DNA of 62,510 bases, the filler included, from Chiloscyllium plagiosum (taxonomy: Eukaryota): assembly GCF_004010195.1 (NCBI RefSeq). It is 4 parts of one record of this genome, joined end to end, with 100 filler letters (N's around TTAATTAATTAA, not from the genome) between each part and the next. Parts side by side here need not be neighbours in the genome. Positions count along the whole stretch, not along the records: positions 21,472 to 49,349 come from NC_057717.1; 3 more parts are not named here. One strand, given 5' to 3'. Shown in pieces: positions 27,011 to 41,100 of this stretch; within the stretch, counting starts at the first letter, position 1, and every line of letters starts with the position of its first letter. Position numbers and translations under genes: made by a program. Under the pieces are notes generated by a model, which searched no databases, had not been told where the DNA came from, and saw only the letters and a list, made by a program, of their open reading frames with translations.

Positions 27011-27692
27011 TCTTGTCAGTACTTGCAAAGAGTGCTGGTGAGTGTGTTGGTAGACATTGCGTTGCCCCAGAGATGTGTGTTGGTATTTTCGTGTGTGGGG
27101 TACAGGGCAGAGGGTCAGTATTTCGAGAGGGTCACAGGGAGTATGTCAACATTTGCAATGTGTCTTGGGGACTGTGTTGTTATTTAGAGGGTGGCCCGAC
27201 GGAGTGTGTCTGTATTAGCAGGCTGGGTGTCAAGGAGTGTGTTGGTATTTACAGGGGTGTTCCCAGGGAGCCTGTCCTCATTTACATGTGAGTCCTGGGG
27301 TGTGTGATGGTATTTACAGCGGATGCCCTATGCAGTGTGTGCATATTTACATGGGGGTCCCACGGAGAGTGTTAGCATTTGCATGGTATCCTATGGAGTG
27401 TACCAGCATTTACCTGAATTTTGGAATCTGCGTCAGCATTTGGCTTGGAGGGGGTTCCCGAGTAATGTGTTGGTCGTTACAAGTGCGTCCCGGGAGGTCT
27501 CAGTTGTCACAGGGAGAGCCTGGGTAATGTGTCGGTATTTCTGGATGTCCTGGGTAGACTGTCAGTATTTAAATCGGTGTTCCAAGAAATGTATTGATAT
27601 TCACAGGAGGATCGCATGCATTGAGTCGAAATTTACAAGGGACTCCCGGGACTGTGTCCGTATTTATAAGTGGTTCCCGTGGAATGTGTTGG

Positions 27693-30160
27693 TGAACCCT
27701 TTGAGTCCGCTCCTACTCTGCTCATTAGCAACGGCAGCTCAACACACACTCAATCTGTTTCTCTGGCAACAGCCTGGGAGCCCAACCCAATCTCGTCCTG
27801 TATCAACGACCTGCTAACCCGTCCTCCCCGTCCTCTGAACCAATCACCACATTGTTCCCATGATAATGTCCTGCAATACCGTTTCCGTTCTGTGCTGCTT
27901 CCAACGGCCTCTGAACCCTTCACCGCTCCGTCCGCCTGGCAACAGTCTGTGACACCATCCACCCTGTTTCTCTAGCATCATCCTGTGATCCCATTCCAAC
28001 TGTGTCCCCCAATCATTGGCCTGTTAGCCTATCCACATGATGTTCACCCAGCAATGACCTGTGACATATCTCTACTCTGTTCTCCTTCCCATAGTCTGTG
28101 AGCTCATCCCAACTCTTTTCTCCTAGCAACTGCTTATCAACTATTCCCAATCTATTCCCCGAGCAATGGTCACTGAAATACTCCCCACTTGTTCCCATAG
28201 TAACGCCCTTTGCCCCCATTTCCACTCTCTATTCCTCGCAACGTCCTTTGGACACATGCACGCTCTGTTCCCTTATCAACAGCACGTGACCCTATCCCCA
28301 CGCTGCTTCCCTTGCAATAAGCCATGTCCCCTTACCAACTCTGTTCCCCGATAACGGCCTGTTAGCTCATTCATGCACTGTTCTCTTGGATATCTCAAGT
28401 GATCCCATACCAAATCTGTTCCCCTCGCCACGGCCTCCGAACCTATGCCCAAACTTTTCACCAGGTGATGGCGTTTGATATCATACCTACTCTTTTCTGC
28501 CAGCAACGTCCCGTGCTCATCCCAACTCTGCTCGCTTTGCAACGTCCTGTGATTCCATAAACTCTCTGTTCTCCTACCCTGTCACCCCTCCCTACTCAGT
28601 ACTTCTAAAAACGACCTGTAAAACTACATGCACACTATTCCCCTAGTAGCTGCCTGGGACCCCATTCCTATTCTTTTGTCAAAGTAAGGGCATGTGAACC
28701 CATTCCCATTCTCTTCTTCTCTTGCCTGTCAACCGATCAATACAGCATTGTCCTGGCAACGTTCTGTGAACATACCCCAATTATGCTCCCTTTGCAACTT
28801 TCCCTGAAACCATCCTCACGCTGCTCTCCAAGCAAAAGCCTGTGAAACATTCATTATTCTCTTCCCCACGGAACAACCTGTGATATAATCCGCACTCTGT
28901 TTTCCTGACAACAGCCTGTGAAACGGTTCCCAATGTCTTACCCTGGCAACGGCCTGAAAAACCATCTGTAATCTGTTCTCCGAGCAATTGCTGTGCCCCC
29001 ATCCGGACTCTGCTCTCCCAGCAAAGTCCTGTGAACCCATCCTTACTGTGCTGGTCTAGTAATGTCTTGTGACACCATCCCCAATCTGTTCACCAAGGAA
29101 ATACATTTGATCATGAGCCAAATGTGTTCTCTGAGCAACGATCTGCGAAACCATTCCCACTCTGTTCTCCCAGCAACGGCCTCAGAACTCATTCCTACTC
29201 TTTCCCCATAGCAACCCCCTTTAAAACCGTTCACATTACGTTCCGCTGGTGACGTCCTGTCAATGCATTCTCACTCTGTTCTCCCAGCAAGGGCCTTTGA
29301 ACCCATCCCAATCTGTTCTCCTAACGACAGCCAGTGAGCCAACTCCCACAATTTCCCCAACAACATCCTGTCAATCCTACTGTGTTTCCCTCGCTACAGC
29401 CTGTGAACCAATTCCCACTCTATACACGTAGCAACTGCCTGTGAACCGATCCCCATTCTGTTACACTGGCAACGGCTTGTGAACCAATCCCGACACTGTT
29501 CTACTATCAAAAAATCGTGAGCCCATTTACACTCTTTTCTCCGAACAACGGCCTGTGAACGCAAACCGAGCGTGTTTCCCTAGCGACTGCAGTTGAATCC
29601 ATAAACAGTTTACTAGCCACAGACTGAGACCCCGTCCCCTCAGTGTTACGTTAGCAATGGCCTGTGAACTCGTGTCATCTCTGTTCTCCAGCTAACGTCC
29701 TGAGAAACAATTCGCAAACTGTACTCCCAACAATTGCCTGTGAACCCAATGCTACTCAGTTCTGCTAGCAACGTCTGTGACCCCATCCACACTCCATTAA
29801 CCCAGCACCGGTCTCTGAGGCAATCTTCAAACTGTGCTGCGAACAGATGCCTGTGAACCCTTTACTACAACGTTCATCTTGTAGCGGACTTTAAGCTCAC
29901 CCATACTCTGATACCCGAGCAACGGTATTGAAACCCATCCCCACATTTCTTCATCAAACGTCCTTTGAAAATATTCCCCTCTGTGCTCCTCACAAATGCC
30001 TGCGAACCCATCGCACTTCTGCTACCCAAGCAACATCCGGTGAATCCATCTCCAGTCTGTTTCCCCAGCCACAGCCGTTGAACCAATCTCCAGTCTTGTT
30101 CCATGGCATAATCTTTGAACCCATTCCCATTCTCTTCTCTTAGCAACGGCCTGTAAACAC
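27693..30160 (+). repeat. Degenerate ~38-bp tandem repeat (repeat B, ~GGCCTGTGAACCCATCCCCACTCTGTTCTCCTAGCAAC)
   Basis: Recurring CCTGTGAACCCAT..CACTCTGTT..AGCAAC; resumes at 33475-34970 and 41690-42060. Confidence 0.88.
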
Positions 30161-30203
30161 ATTGCCACATAGTTAGTGTGGCAGTGGCCGGTGATTTCAC
30201 TCA

Positions 30204-33200
30204 AAGAGTCATAGAAATGTACAGCATGGAAAAAGACCTTTCGCTCCAACTTGTCCAGCCGACCAGATATCCCTACCCAATCTCGTCACATCTGCCAGCA
30301 CCCGGCCCATATCGTTCCAAACCCTTCCTAATCATATACCCATCCAAATGCCTCTTACATGTAGCAAGTGTACCAGCCTCCACCACTTCCTCTGGCAGCT
30401 CATTCCATACATGTACCACTTTTTGGCCTCTTTTATATCTTTCCCATCTTAACCTAAACCTATGCCCTCTTGTTCTGCACTCCCCGATACCAGGGAGAAG
30501 ACTTTGTCTATTTATCCTATCCATGCTCCTCATAATTTTGTAAGCCTCTATAAGGTCACCTCACAGCCTCCAACGCTCCAAGGAAAACAGCCCCAGCCAG
30601 TTCAGCCTCTCCCTGTAGCTCAAATCCTCCAACCTGGCAACATCATTGTAAATCTTTTCTGAACCCTTTCAAGTTTCACGACATCTTTCCGATAGGAAGG
30701 AGAACAGAATTGCAAGCAATACTCCAACCGTGGCCTAACTATTGTCCTTTTCAGCCGCAACATGACCTCCCAACTCCTGTACTCAATACTCTGACCAAAG
30801 GAACGCATATCAAACGCCTTCTTCACTATCCTATTTATCTGCGACTCCACTTTCAAGGAGCTATGAACCTGCACTCCAAGGTCTCGTTGTTCATCAACAT
30901 TCCCTAGGACCTTATCATTAAGGTTATAAGTCCTGCTAAGATTTGCTTTCCCAAACTGCAGCACCTTGCATTTATCTGAATTAAACTCCATCTGCTACTT
31001 CACGGCCCATTGGCTCATCTGGTACAAATCCTGTTGTAATCTGAGGTAATCTGTAATCTCTTCGCTGTCCACCACACCTCCAATTTTGTGTCATCTGCAA
31101 ACTTAATTACTGCACCTCTTATATTCGGATTCAAATCATTTGTGTAAATGACAATAAGTATAGGACCCATCACCGATCCTTGTGGCATTCCAGTGGTCAC
31201 AGGCTTCCAGTCTGTAAAACAACCCTCCACCACCACCCTCTGTCTTCTACCTTTAAGCCAGTTCTATATTCAAATGGCTAGTTCTCCTTTTATTCCATGA
31301 GATCTAACCGAGCTAATCAGTCTCCCATGATGAACCTTGTCGAACGCCTCACTGAAGTCCATATAGATCACATCTACTGCTCTACCCTCATCTATATTCT
31401 TTGTTACTTCGAATAACTCAATAACGTTTGTGAGACATGATTTCCCACGCACAAAGCCATGTTGACTATCCCTAATCAGTCCTTTCCTTTCCAAATACAT
31501 GTACATCCTGTCCCTCAGGATTCCCTCCAACAAACTGCCCACCACTGACGTCAGGCTCACTGGTCTATAGTTCCCTGGCTTGTCTTTACCTCCCTTCTTA
31601 AACAGTGGTACAACGTTTGCCAACCTCCAGTCTTAAGGTACCTCACTTGTGACTATCAATAATACAAATATCTCAGCAAGAGGCCCAGCAATCACTTCTC
31701 TAGCTTCCCACAGAGTTGTCGGTTACACCTGATCAGGTCCTGGGGATTCATCCACCTTTAACCGTTTCAAGACACCCAACACTTCCTCCTCTGTAATCCG
31801 GACGTTTTGCAAGATGTCACCAACTATTTCCCTACAGTCTATCTCTTCCATATCCTTTTCCACATTAAATACTAATGCAAAATATTCATTTAGTATCTCC
31901 CCCATTTTCTGTGGCTCCACACAAAGGCCTTGTTGATATTTGAGGGGCCCTATTCTCTCCCTAGTTACCCTTTTGCCTTTAATATATTTGTAAAAACTCT
32001 TTGGATTTTCCTTAATCCTATTTGCCAAAGCTATCGCATGTCCCTATTTTGCCCTTCTGATTTCCCTCTTAAGTATACTCCTACTTCCTTTATACTCTTC
32101 TAAGTATTCACTCGATCTATCCTGTCTATACCTGACATATGCTTCCTTCTTTTTCTTAAGCAAACTCTCAGTTTCTTTCGTCATTCGTCGTTCCCTATAC
32201 CTACCAGCCTCCCCTTTCATCCTGACAGGAATATACTTTATCTGGATTCTTGTTGTCTCATTACTGAAGGCTTCGCATTTTCCAGCCATCACTTTATCTG
32301 CGAACATCTGCCTCCGATCAGCTTTCGAAAGTTCTTGCCTAAAACCGTCAAATCTGTCCTTTCTCCAATTTAGAAATTCAACTTTTTGATCTGGTCTATC
32401 CTTTTCCATCGCGATTTTACAAGGAATAGAATTATGGTCGGTGGTCCCAATGTGTTCCCCCACTGACACCTCAGTCACCTGCCCTGCCTTCTTTCCCAAG
32501 TGTAGGTCAAGACTTGCACCTTCTCTAGCAGGTACATCCACATACTGAAGCAGAAAATTGTCTTGTCCGCACTTAAGAAATTCCTCTCCGTCTAAACCTT
32601 TAACACGATGGCAAGTTTGGCAAGTTAAAATCCCCTACCATAACTACCCTATTATTCTTACAGTTAGCTGAGACCTCCTGACAATTTGTTTCTCAATTTC
32701 CGTCTGACTATTAGGGGGTCTATAATACAATCCCAATAAGGTGATCATCCTTTCTTATTTCTCAGTTCCACCCAAATAACTTGCCTGTATGCACTTCCTG
32801 GAATATCCTCTCTCAGCACAGCTGTAATGCTATCCCTTATCAAAAATGCCACTCCCCTTCCTCTCTTGCCTCGCTTATTTTTATCCTTCCGGTAGCATTT
32901 GTATCCTGGATTATTACGCTGCCAGTCCTGCCCATCCCTGAGCCATGTTTCCGTGATTCCTATGATATCCCAGTCCCAAGTTCCTAACCATGCCCTGACT
33001 TCATCTGTTCGATCCCTTGCATTGAAATAAATGCAGTTCAACTTATTAGTCCTACCTTGTCCCTGCCTACCATGACTGTTCGATTCACATCTGTTCTCAA
33101 CTGTACCAGCCTCAGATTGATCTCCTTCCTCACTACCTCCCTGTGTCCCACAACCCCCACTCCCCCGTCCCCGCCCCCTCGGCAGATCTAGAAAATTTCC

Positions 33201-33472
33201 CAGCAGTATATTAGTCCCCTTCCAATTTAGGTGAAATCCGTCCTTCTTGTACAGGTCACTTCTAACCCAAAAGAGGTTCCAATGATCCAAAAATGTGAAT
33301 CCTTCTACCATACACCAGCTCCTCAGCCATGCATTTATCTGCTCTATCCTCCTATTCCTGCCCTCACTAGCTCGTAGCGCTGGGAGTAATCCAGGTATTA
33401 CTGCCCTTGAAGACCCCCTTTTTAAATTTCTGCCTAACTCTCTATAATCTCCCTTCAGAATCTCACCTTTTT
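30204..33472 (-). mobile_element. Near-complete decayed CR1 LINE (part of ORF1 esterase + ORF2 EN/RT + 3' UTR)
   Basis: FLDHWNLFW..LYKKDGFHLN (SGNH esterase end), YFNAR/IGITETW/DHNSI (EN), GNYRPVSLTS, SQHGF, FADDTK (RT), WNELPEEVV; AGAGTCAT tail. Confidence 0.95.
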
Positions 33473-33474
33473 TC

Positions 33475-34970
33475 CCTCCACTCTAATTCTATTCTTCTAG
33501 TAGTGGACTGTGAAGCCATCCACACTCTGTTCTCTTAGCAACAGCCTATGAACGCATCCCCACTGCTCTACAAACAATGGCCTGTGAACACCCCCCCCCC
33601 CACCCACTTATTTCACTTTGCAATAGTGTATTAACACATGCTCACCCTGTTCCCCTCGCGGCGACCTAAGACCCCATTCCCACTCTCGTCTCCCACCAAA
33701 AGCCTGTTCACTCATCAGCATAGTATTGCCCTAGCCACGTGTTGTGAACGTATACCCACTCGGTTCCCATAGCAACGGCTTCTGAACCTATTTCTGTGCC
33801 ATTCCTCGCAATGGCCTGTGACCCTTCGCCACTCGTTTCATGTCCACACTGTTTCATTAACAATGTAGTGTGATCCGACCCCTAATCTGTTTCACTCGAA
33901 ACGGCTTGTGAACACGTCCTCAAATTCTTGCCCTATCAACGGCCTGTTGTCCTATCAACAACTCCCACTCTGTTGCTCAGCAAACGCCTGTGCCATCTAC
34001 CCCACTCTGTTTCCATAGCAATGGCCTCTAATCCCATTTCTTTGAGCCACGTCGTGTGTACATACACCCAGCCAGTTCTCATAGCAACGTCCTGTGAATC
34101 AATCGACATTTTTTTCCGAGCAACGTCTTCTGAATCGATGCCCACTCTGTTTCCCTCGCAACGCCTGTTCCACCAGCAACACCCTGTAACCCTTTCCCCA
34201 GACTGTACCCTTAGCTATGGCCTGTGTCGCAACCTTTGTATGTTCTTTCAGCAACTACCTGTGAATTTGTCCCCGCTTTGTTCTCCTAACAACAGTCTGT
34301 AACCCCATATCGGCACTGTACCCCTAGTAAACGCCGAAAAGCCAATCCTCATTGCATTCCCTTCACAACTGCCTCTGAACCAATGACAACTTTGTTCTTC
34401 TTGCGACCTCCTGTGAACCCATTGTCACTCGGTTCTCTGAGAAATGGACTGTGCGTATATTCCAACCCTGTTCTCCTGGTAACAGCCTGTAAAACCATAC
34501 ACAGACTGTTTCCCGAGCAATGGCCTATGAACCAATCCCCAATCTGTTCTCCGAGCACTGGCCTGTGAAGCCATCCTCGCATGATTCCCCTCGCAACACC
34601 CCGAAACCACTCTGTTTTCACAGAAACAGCCTGTGGTTCCAAACCCCACTCTGATCTCGCATCACTCTGTTCCACTAGCTATGACCTTTGAACTCATGCC
34701 GACTCTATTTCTCTCGCAAACATTGTGAGCCAATCCTCATTCTGTTCTCTAAGCAATGGCCTGTCAACATATCATCACTGTTCACCAAGCAACAGCCTGC
34801 GAACATATAACTACACTGTTGTCCGTCCAACAGCCTGTGACCCATCGCCACACTAATATGCTAGAAACGTCCTGTGAGCCTATCCCTCTCTGTTCTCTGA
34901 GCAACGTCTTTTTAAACCATTCCTGCTCTCTGCCCCAAGCAACAGCATGTGACCCAATCTCTACACTGCT
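33475..34970 (+). repeat. Repeat B, continued
   Basis: Same ~38-bp unit. Confidence 0.85.
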
Positions 34971-34972
34971 TC

Positions 34973-37900
34973 AAAGAATGCAGAATACGGCAAATTACAC
35001 GACAGGAGCAGGCCCTTCGACCCTCCAGACCTCTGATGATCTAAATCCTCTGTAGAACCTGTCAGCTGTTTTCCAAGGATTTGTATGCCTCTGCACCCAA
35101 CCCATTCATGTATCTGTCGAGATATATCTTAAATTACGCCGTCGTGCCCGCCTCTATGACCTCCGCTGGCAACGCATTCCGGGTTCCCACCACCTTCTGC
35201 ATAAAGAACGTTCCACGCATATTTCATAAAAACATTTCCCCTCTCACTTTGAAATCATGAACACGATTAATGGAGTTCCCCATTCTGTGTAAAATCATTT
35301 TACTATCCACCATGTCTATAACTCTCAAGATATCGTAGACTTCAATCTCGGCTCCACTCAACTTTTGTCTTTCTAATAAAAATAATCCCAATCTACTCAA
35401 CCAGTCTTCATCGCTCGTGCTCACCATACCAACAATATCCTGGTGGAACTCCTCTGCCCCTTGTCATAGCATCCATAACGTTTGATAATGCGGCGACCAG
35501 AACTGCATGCAGTATTCAAAACGTGGCCGAAATAAAGTCCAAAGTACTGAAATATGATCCACCAACTTTTGTACTCAATGCCCCGTCCAAAGTATGCCAT
35601 ATATTTCCTTGGCCACTTCATCGACCTGCATTGCCAACTTCAGGGTACAAGGGACCTGAAAGCCGAGGTCTCTCCGAACAACAAATTTTCCCAGGGCTTT
35701 TCCATTTATCATGCATTTCGCTCTCGAATTAGATCTTCCAGAATGCATCACCTCGCATTTACCTATATTGAACTCCTTCTCTCACTTCTCTGGCCCAATC
35801 TCCAATCTATCTATATTCTGCTGCGTTCTCTGACAGTCCTCTTCACTCTCTGCTGACAATCTTAGTGTCATCTGCAAACGTGCTAATCATATCACTTATA
35901 CGTTTCTCCAGATCATTTATGCATATTACAAACAACAGTGGTCTCAGCATGAATCCCAGTGGAACAACATCTGGCCACAGTTATCCATTTTGAAAAACTC
36001 CCTTCCACGACTACTGTGACTCCTGCTGTCCAGGAAGACAGTAGACCCTGGACTCCATGCAACTTCAATTTCTCCATCGTCCTACTGCAGCGACCCTTAT
36101 CAAACGCCTGACAGAAATGCATGCATATGACGTCTACAGCCCTTCCCTCATCAATTAACTTTGTTACGTCCTCAAAGTATACTGTTAATTTGGTAAGACA
36201 TGACCTTCCCTGCAAAAACACCATGCTGCCTATCACTGATATTCCAATCTTCTTCCAAATGATAACACATTGTATCCCTCACTATCTTCTCCAGCAGCAT
36301 CCCTACCACTGACACCAGGCTCATCACTCTACACTTACCTGAATTATCCTTGCAACACTTCTTAAGCAAGGGGAACATGTTAACAATTCTCCAGCCCTCT
36401 GGGATATCACCTGTGTTCATTGGTACTGGAAAGCCATCTGTGAAGGCCCCAGATATTTTTGCTCTTGCCTCCCTCAGTAGCCTGGGCTGGATCCCAGCAG
36501 GACTGGGGAATCATCCACCTTAACGTCTTTTATAATACACGATACCTATCCTCCCCACTCATGTCAACTTATTCGAGAGTAATCAAACAGCGATTCCTAA
36601 ACTCAACAACCATCATGTCTCTCTCCTCGGTGAATACCGTTGCAAAGCACTCAATAAGAATCTCACCAATTTGCTCTCACTCCATTCAAAACTTCGCTCC
36701 TTTGTCCTTGAGTGTGCCAACCCTTTCTCTAGTTTCCCTCTTGCTCCTTATACACGAATACAAGGTTTTGGGACTTTTCGTAACCCTGGTTAGCCGTCTT
36801 CAGTCCTCGTTGCAAATTAGTCCTAAATTCCCGATATGCTTCCAAAGCTTCGTCTGTTTTCCTTCACCTCGACCTCATATATGCTTCATTTTTCCTCTTA
36901 GCTGCTGTCACAATTTCATCTGTCATCCACGACCCCAAATCTTGCAATTTCTATCCCTCACTTTCATAGCGAAGTGTCTGTCCTGGACTCCAATCAATGT
37001 CTCTTTTAAAGCCTTCCAAATATTAAATGTGGAGTTATCTTCAAACAGCTGCACCTAATCAACTTTTCCTAGCTCCTGACGAATTTTGCGATAGTTGGTC
37101 TTCCCACAATTTAGCACTCTTCCTTTTGGACCTCTGTCGTCTTTGTCCATAAGTATTCTACAACCTTGGGGAAATTATTCATAATGCCCAAAGAAATCCC
37201 CTACCGAAACTTCAAACAACTGGCTGGGCTCATTCTACATACGATGTCCAATATGGCCCTCCCGTGTTAAACTATTCACATACTGTTCTATAAAATCTTC
37301 CTGGATGCTCCTTACGGATTCTCCTAAGACTAAACCTCTAACTCTAAGTGAATCCCAATAGGGAAAATCAAACTCTCCCATTACGACCATCTTATTGCTC
37401 CTATATATTTCCATAATCTGTTTACATATTTGTACCTCTATCTCACGCTCACAGTTGGGAGGCCTGTCGTAAAACCCCAGCATTGTTACTGTACCCTTCC
37501 TATTTCTCTGTTCTGCTCATACTGCCTCACTGCTCGAGTTCTCGCTGATGCTCTCCTTCAGCTTCGTTGTGATATCCACTCTGAACAGTAAAGCAACTCC
37601 TCAAACCTTCTTACCTCTCTCTCTATCACACCTGAGACAGCTATATCGTGTGCTACTTCGATGCCAATCTTGCCCATTCCTCAACCATGACACAGTAACA
37701 ACAATAACATCATACTCCCAGGTTCTAATCCAAGACGTACCTCCTACCCTGCTCGCATGAAAGCAAAATCACCTCAGCCCACCTGTCACTTCACATTAAT
37801 CATCTGCTCCCTGCCTACATTTCCCCTCCGTCACACGGACTTCATTACGTAGTTCCTTACAGGCTTTCTTTACAACCTCCTTACTGTCAACAAACCTACT

Positions 37901-38110
37901 GATTTTGTTCTCATCCCGCTGAAACATTTGGTTCAATCATTCCCAACAAAAGCACCCCCAAAGGAACTGCTCCAGTCCGGCCTCGCCGAAGACCATCGAG
38001 TTTGTAATTGTTTCACCTCCCCGAAAACCAATACCAATGTCCCAAAAATCTGAACCCCTTCCTCATTTATCATTTCACAAGCCACGCATTCATCCTGACT
38101 ATTATAGCAT
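34973..38110 (-). mobile_element. Older decayed CR1 LINE (ORF1 remnant + ORF2)
   Basis: GFYDRPP/MGEFDFP (EN), EGWRIVNMFPL, RQHG, GRSCLT and DEGRAVDVI motifs; 3' UTR GGAGCAGGCCCTTCGACC at the left end. Confidence 0.9.
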
Positions 38111-41100
38111 TTCTTACGGCTTGGAACGACTTACCAGAGGAAAGCAGTGGGGCACAGAGCTCTGACATAGAGTATGTTCTTGATGCTCAGTAGGGAATGG
38201 AGAAGGGAAACAGAGCAGTAGTCATTGGAGACTCAATGGTTAGGGGGGCAGACAGGAGGTTCTGTGGGGACGAGAGAAACTCACGGTTGGTGTATTGCCT
38301 CCCAGGTGCCCGGGTTCGTGATGTATCTGATCGTGTTTTTGAGATCCTTAAGGGGGAATGGGAGCAGCCCCAACTCGTGGTCCACACAGGCACCAAATAC
38401 ATAGGTAGGAAGAGAGATGGGAATTTAAGGTAGAAATTCAGGGAGCTAGGATGGCAGCTCAGAGCCAGGACGAACAGAATTTTTGTCTCTGGTTTGTTGC
38501 TAGTGCCACGTGCTAGTGAGGTGAGGAGAGGAATAGGGAGAGAGAGGAGTTGAACACGTGGCTATAGGGATGGTGCAGGAGAGAGGGTTTGGAATCTTGG
38601 ATAATTCGGGTTCTTTCTGGGGTAGGATGGGCCCCTTCAAGCAGGATGGTCTTCATTTGAACCAGAGGTATACCAATATCCTGCGGGAGGGGTGGGGTGG
38701 ATTCGTTAAGGCTATTGGATTGGATTTAAACATACCCAGCAGGGGGATGGGAACCAAAATTGTAGTCCGTGTATAGAAAAGCTTGAAAGAAGGGAGGTCC
38801 GAAATCAAGGTTCAGGGACACAAAATGGCACCAGCAAGCAAGACGTTAGTTTGAAGGGTGCCTACTTCAACGCCAGGAGCATCCGGAATAAGGTGGGTGA
38901 ACTTGCAGCATGGGTTGGTACCTGGGACTTCGATGTTGTGGCCATTTTGGAGATATGGATGAAGCAGGGACAGTAATGATTGTTGCAGGTTCCAGGATTT
39001 GGATGTTTCAGTAAGAACAGTGAAGATGGTAAAACAGGGTGAGGTGTGGCATTGTTGGTCAAGGGCAGTGTTCCAGTTGCAGAAAGGCTGTTTGGGACTT
39101 GTCAACTAAGGTAGACTTGGCTGAGGTTAGAAACAGAAAAGGAGCGGTCACCCAGTTGGGAGTTTTTCATAAGCCTCCGAATAGCTCCAGAGATGTCGAG
39201 GAAAGAATAGTAAAGATGATTCTCAATATGAGTGAGAGAGACAGGGTAGTTGTCATGGGGGACATCAACTTTCAAATATTGACTGGAAACAGTACAGTAC
39301 GAATATTATAGATGGGTCAGTTTTTGTCCATTGCGTGCAGGAGGGCTTCCTGACACAGTATGTAGACAGGCCAAAAAGGGGCGAAGCCACATTAGATTTG
39401 GTACTGAGTAATGAGCCCGGCCAGGTTTCAGACGTCGAACTAGGTGAGCACTTTGGTGATAGCGATCAGAATTCTGTTATGATTACTTTAGTAATAGAAA
39501 GGGATAGGTGTGTACCACTGGGCAAGAGTTACAGCTGGGGCATAGGCAATTACGATGCGATTAGGCAAGATTTAGGAAGTATAGGATTAGGAAGCAAACT
39601 GCAGGGGAAGGGCACATTAGAAATGTGGAGCTTATTCAAGGAAGGGCTCAGGTGCATCCGAGGTAAGTATGTTCTTATCAGACAGGGGGGAGGTTGTCGA
39701 GCGCGGGAGCCATGGTTTACGAAGGAAGTGGAATCTCTGGTCCAGATGAAGAAGAAGGCATGTGGTACGATGAGATGTGAAGCCTCAGTTATGGCGCTTG
39801 AGGGTTACAACGTAGCCAGGAAAGATCTAAAGAGAGAGCTCAGAAGAGCCAGGAGGAGACATGAAAAGATTTTGCCGGGTCGGATCAGTATAAACCCTAA
39901 GGTATTCCATAGGTATTTCAGGAATAAAAGAATGACGAGAGTAAGATTATGGCCAATCAAGGATAGCAGTGGGAGTTGTGTGTGGAGTCAGAGGAGATAG
40001 GGGAAGCACTTAATGAATATTTTTCGACAGTATTCGCTCTAGAAAACGAGAATACTGAGATACAGGCTATTAGACGAGGTGTAATCGACGTTCACAAGGA
40101 AGAGGTATTAGAAATCCTGTAGAGTGTGACAATAGATAGGTCCCCTGGACAGGATGGGATTTATCCTAGGATACTGTGGGAAGCCAGGGAGGAGATTGCA
40201 GAGCATTTGGCATTGATCTTTAAATCGTCATTGTCGATAGGAATATTGCCAGAAGACTGGAGGATAGCAAATATGGATCCCCTGTTCAAGAAGGGGAGTA
40301 GAGACAACCCTGGTAATTATAGACCAATGAGCCTCATTTCAGGTGTCGGAAAAGTGTTGGAAAAGTGATAACAGATAGGATTTATAATCATCTAGTAAAG
40401 AATAATTTGATTCGAGATAGTCAGCACGGTTTTGTGAAGGATAGGCCGTGCCTCACAAACCTTGTTGAGTTCTTTGAGAAGGTGACCAAACAGGTAGATG
40501 AGAGTTAACTGTTTGATGTAGTGTATATCGATTTCAGCAAGGCGTTCGATAGGGATCCCAACAGTAGGCCGTTGTACAAAATGCGGAGGAATGAGATTGT
40601 GGGAGATATAGCAGTTTGGCTCAGTAAATTGGCTTGCTGAAAGAAGACAGAGCGTGGCGGTTGATTGGAAATGTTCATCCTGGAGTCCAGTTACCAGTGG
40701 TGTACCGCAAGGGTCGGTGTTGGGTCCACTGCAGTTCGTCATTTTTATCAACGACCTGGATAACGGAGTAGAAGGGTGGGTTAGTAATATTGCAGACAAC
40801 ACTAAGGTCGGTGGAGTTGAGGATAGTGACGAAGGATGTTGTAGGTTACAGAGAGACATAGGTAAGCTACAGAGCTAGGCTGAGAGGTGGCAAATGGAGT
40901 TTAATGGGGACAAGTGTGAGGTGATTCACTTTTGTCGGAGTAACTGGAATGCAAAGTAGTGGGCAAATGGTAAGATTTTTGGTAGTGTAGATGAGTAGAT
41001 ACAACTCGGTGTCCATGTGGAAAGATCCTTGAAAGTTGCCACCCACGTTGACAGGGTTGCTTAGAAGGCATAAAGTGTTTTAGCTTTTATTAATAGAGGG

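Noticed and set aside
2089..27692. CRISPR-like array suggested by a conserved ~20-bp core at ~31-bp spacing
   Set aside because: Cores are degenerate, inter-core segments are related rather than unique spacers, there are no cas genes, and the context is vertebrate
2085..27817. Dozens of overlapping ORFs rich in SVSVFTG/CQYLQG
   Set aside because: Translation artefacts of the stop-poor strand of repeat A; frames are not conserved among duplicate copies
30160..30186. 10-bp hairpin CATTGCCACA-TAGTTAG-TGTGGCAGTG next to a CR1 3' end
   Set aside because: Single short instance, compatible with chance or junction filler DNA
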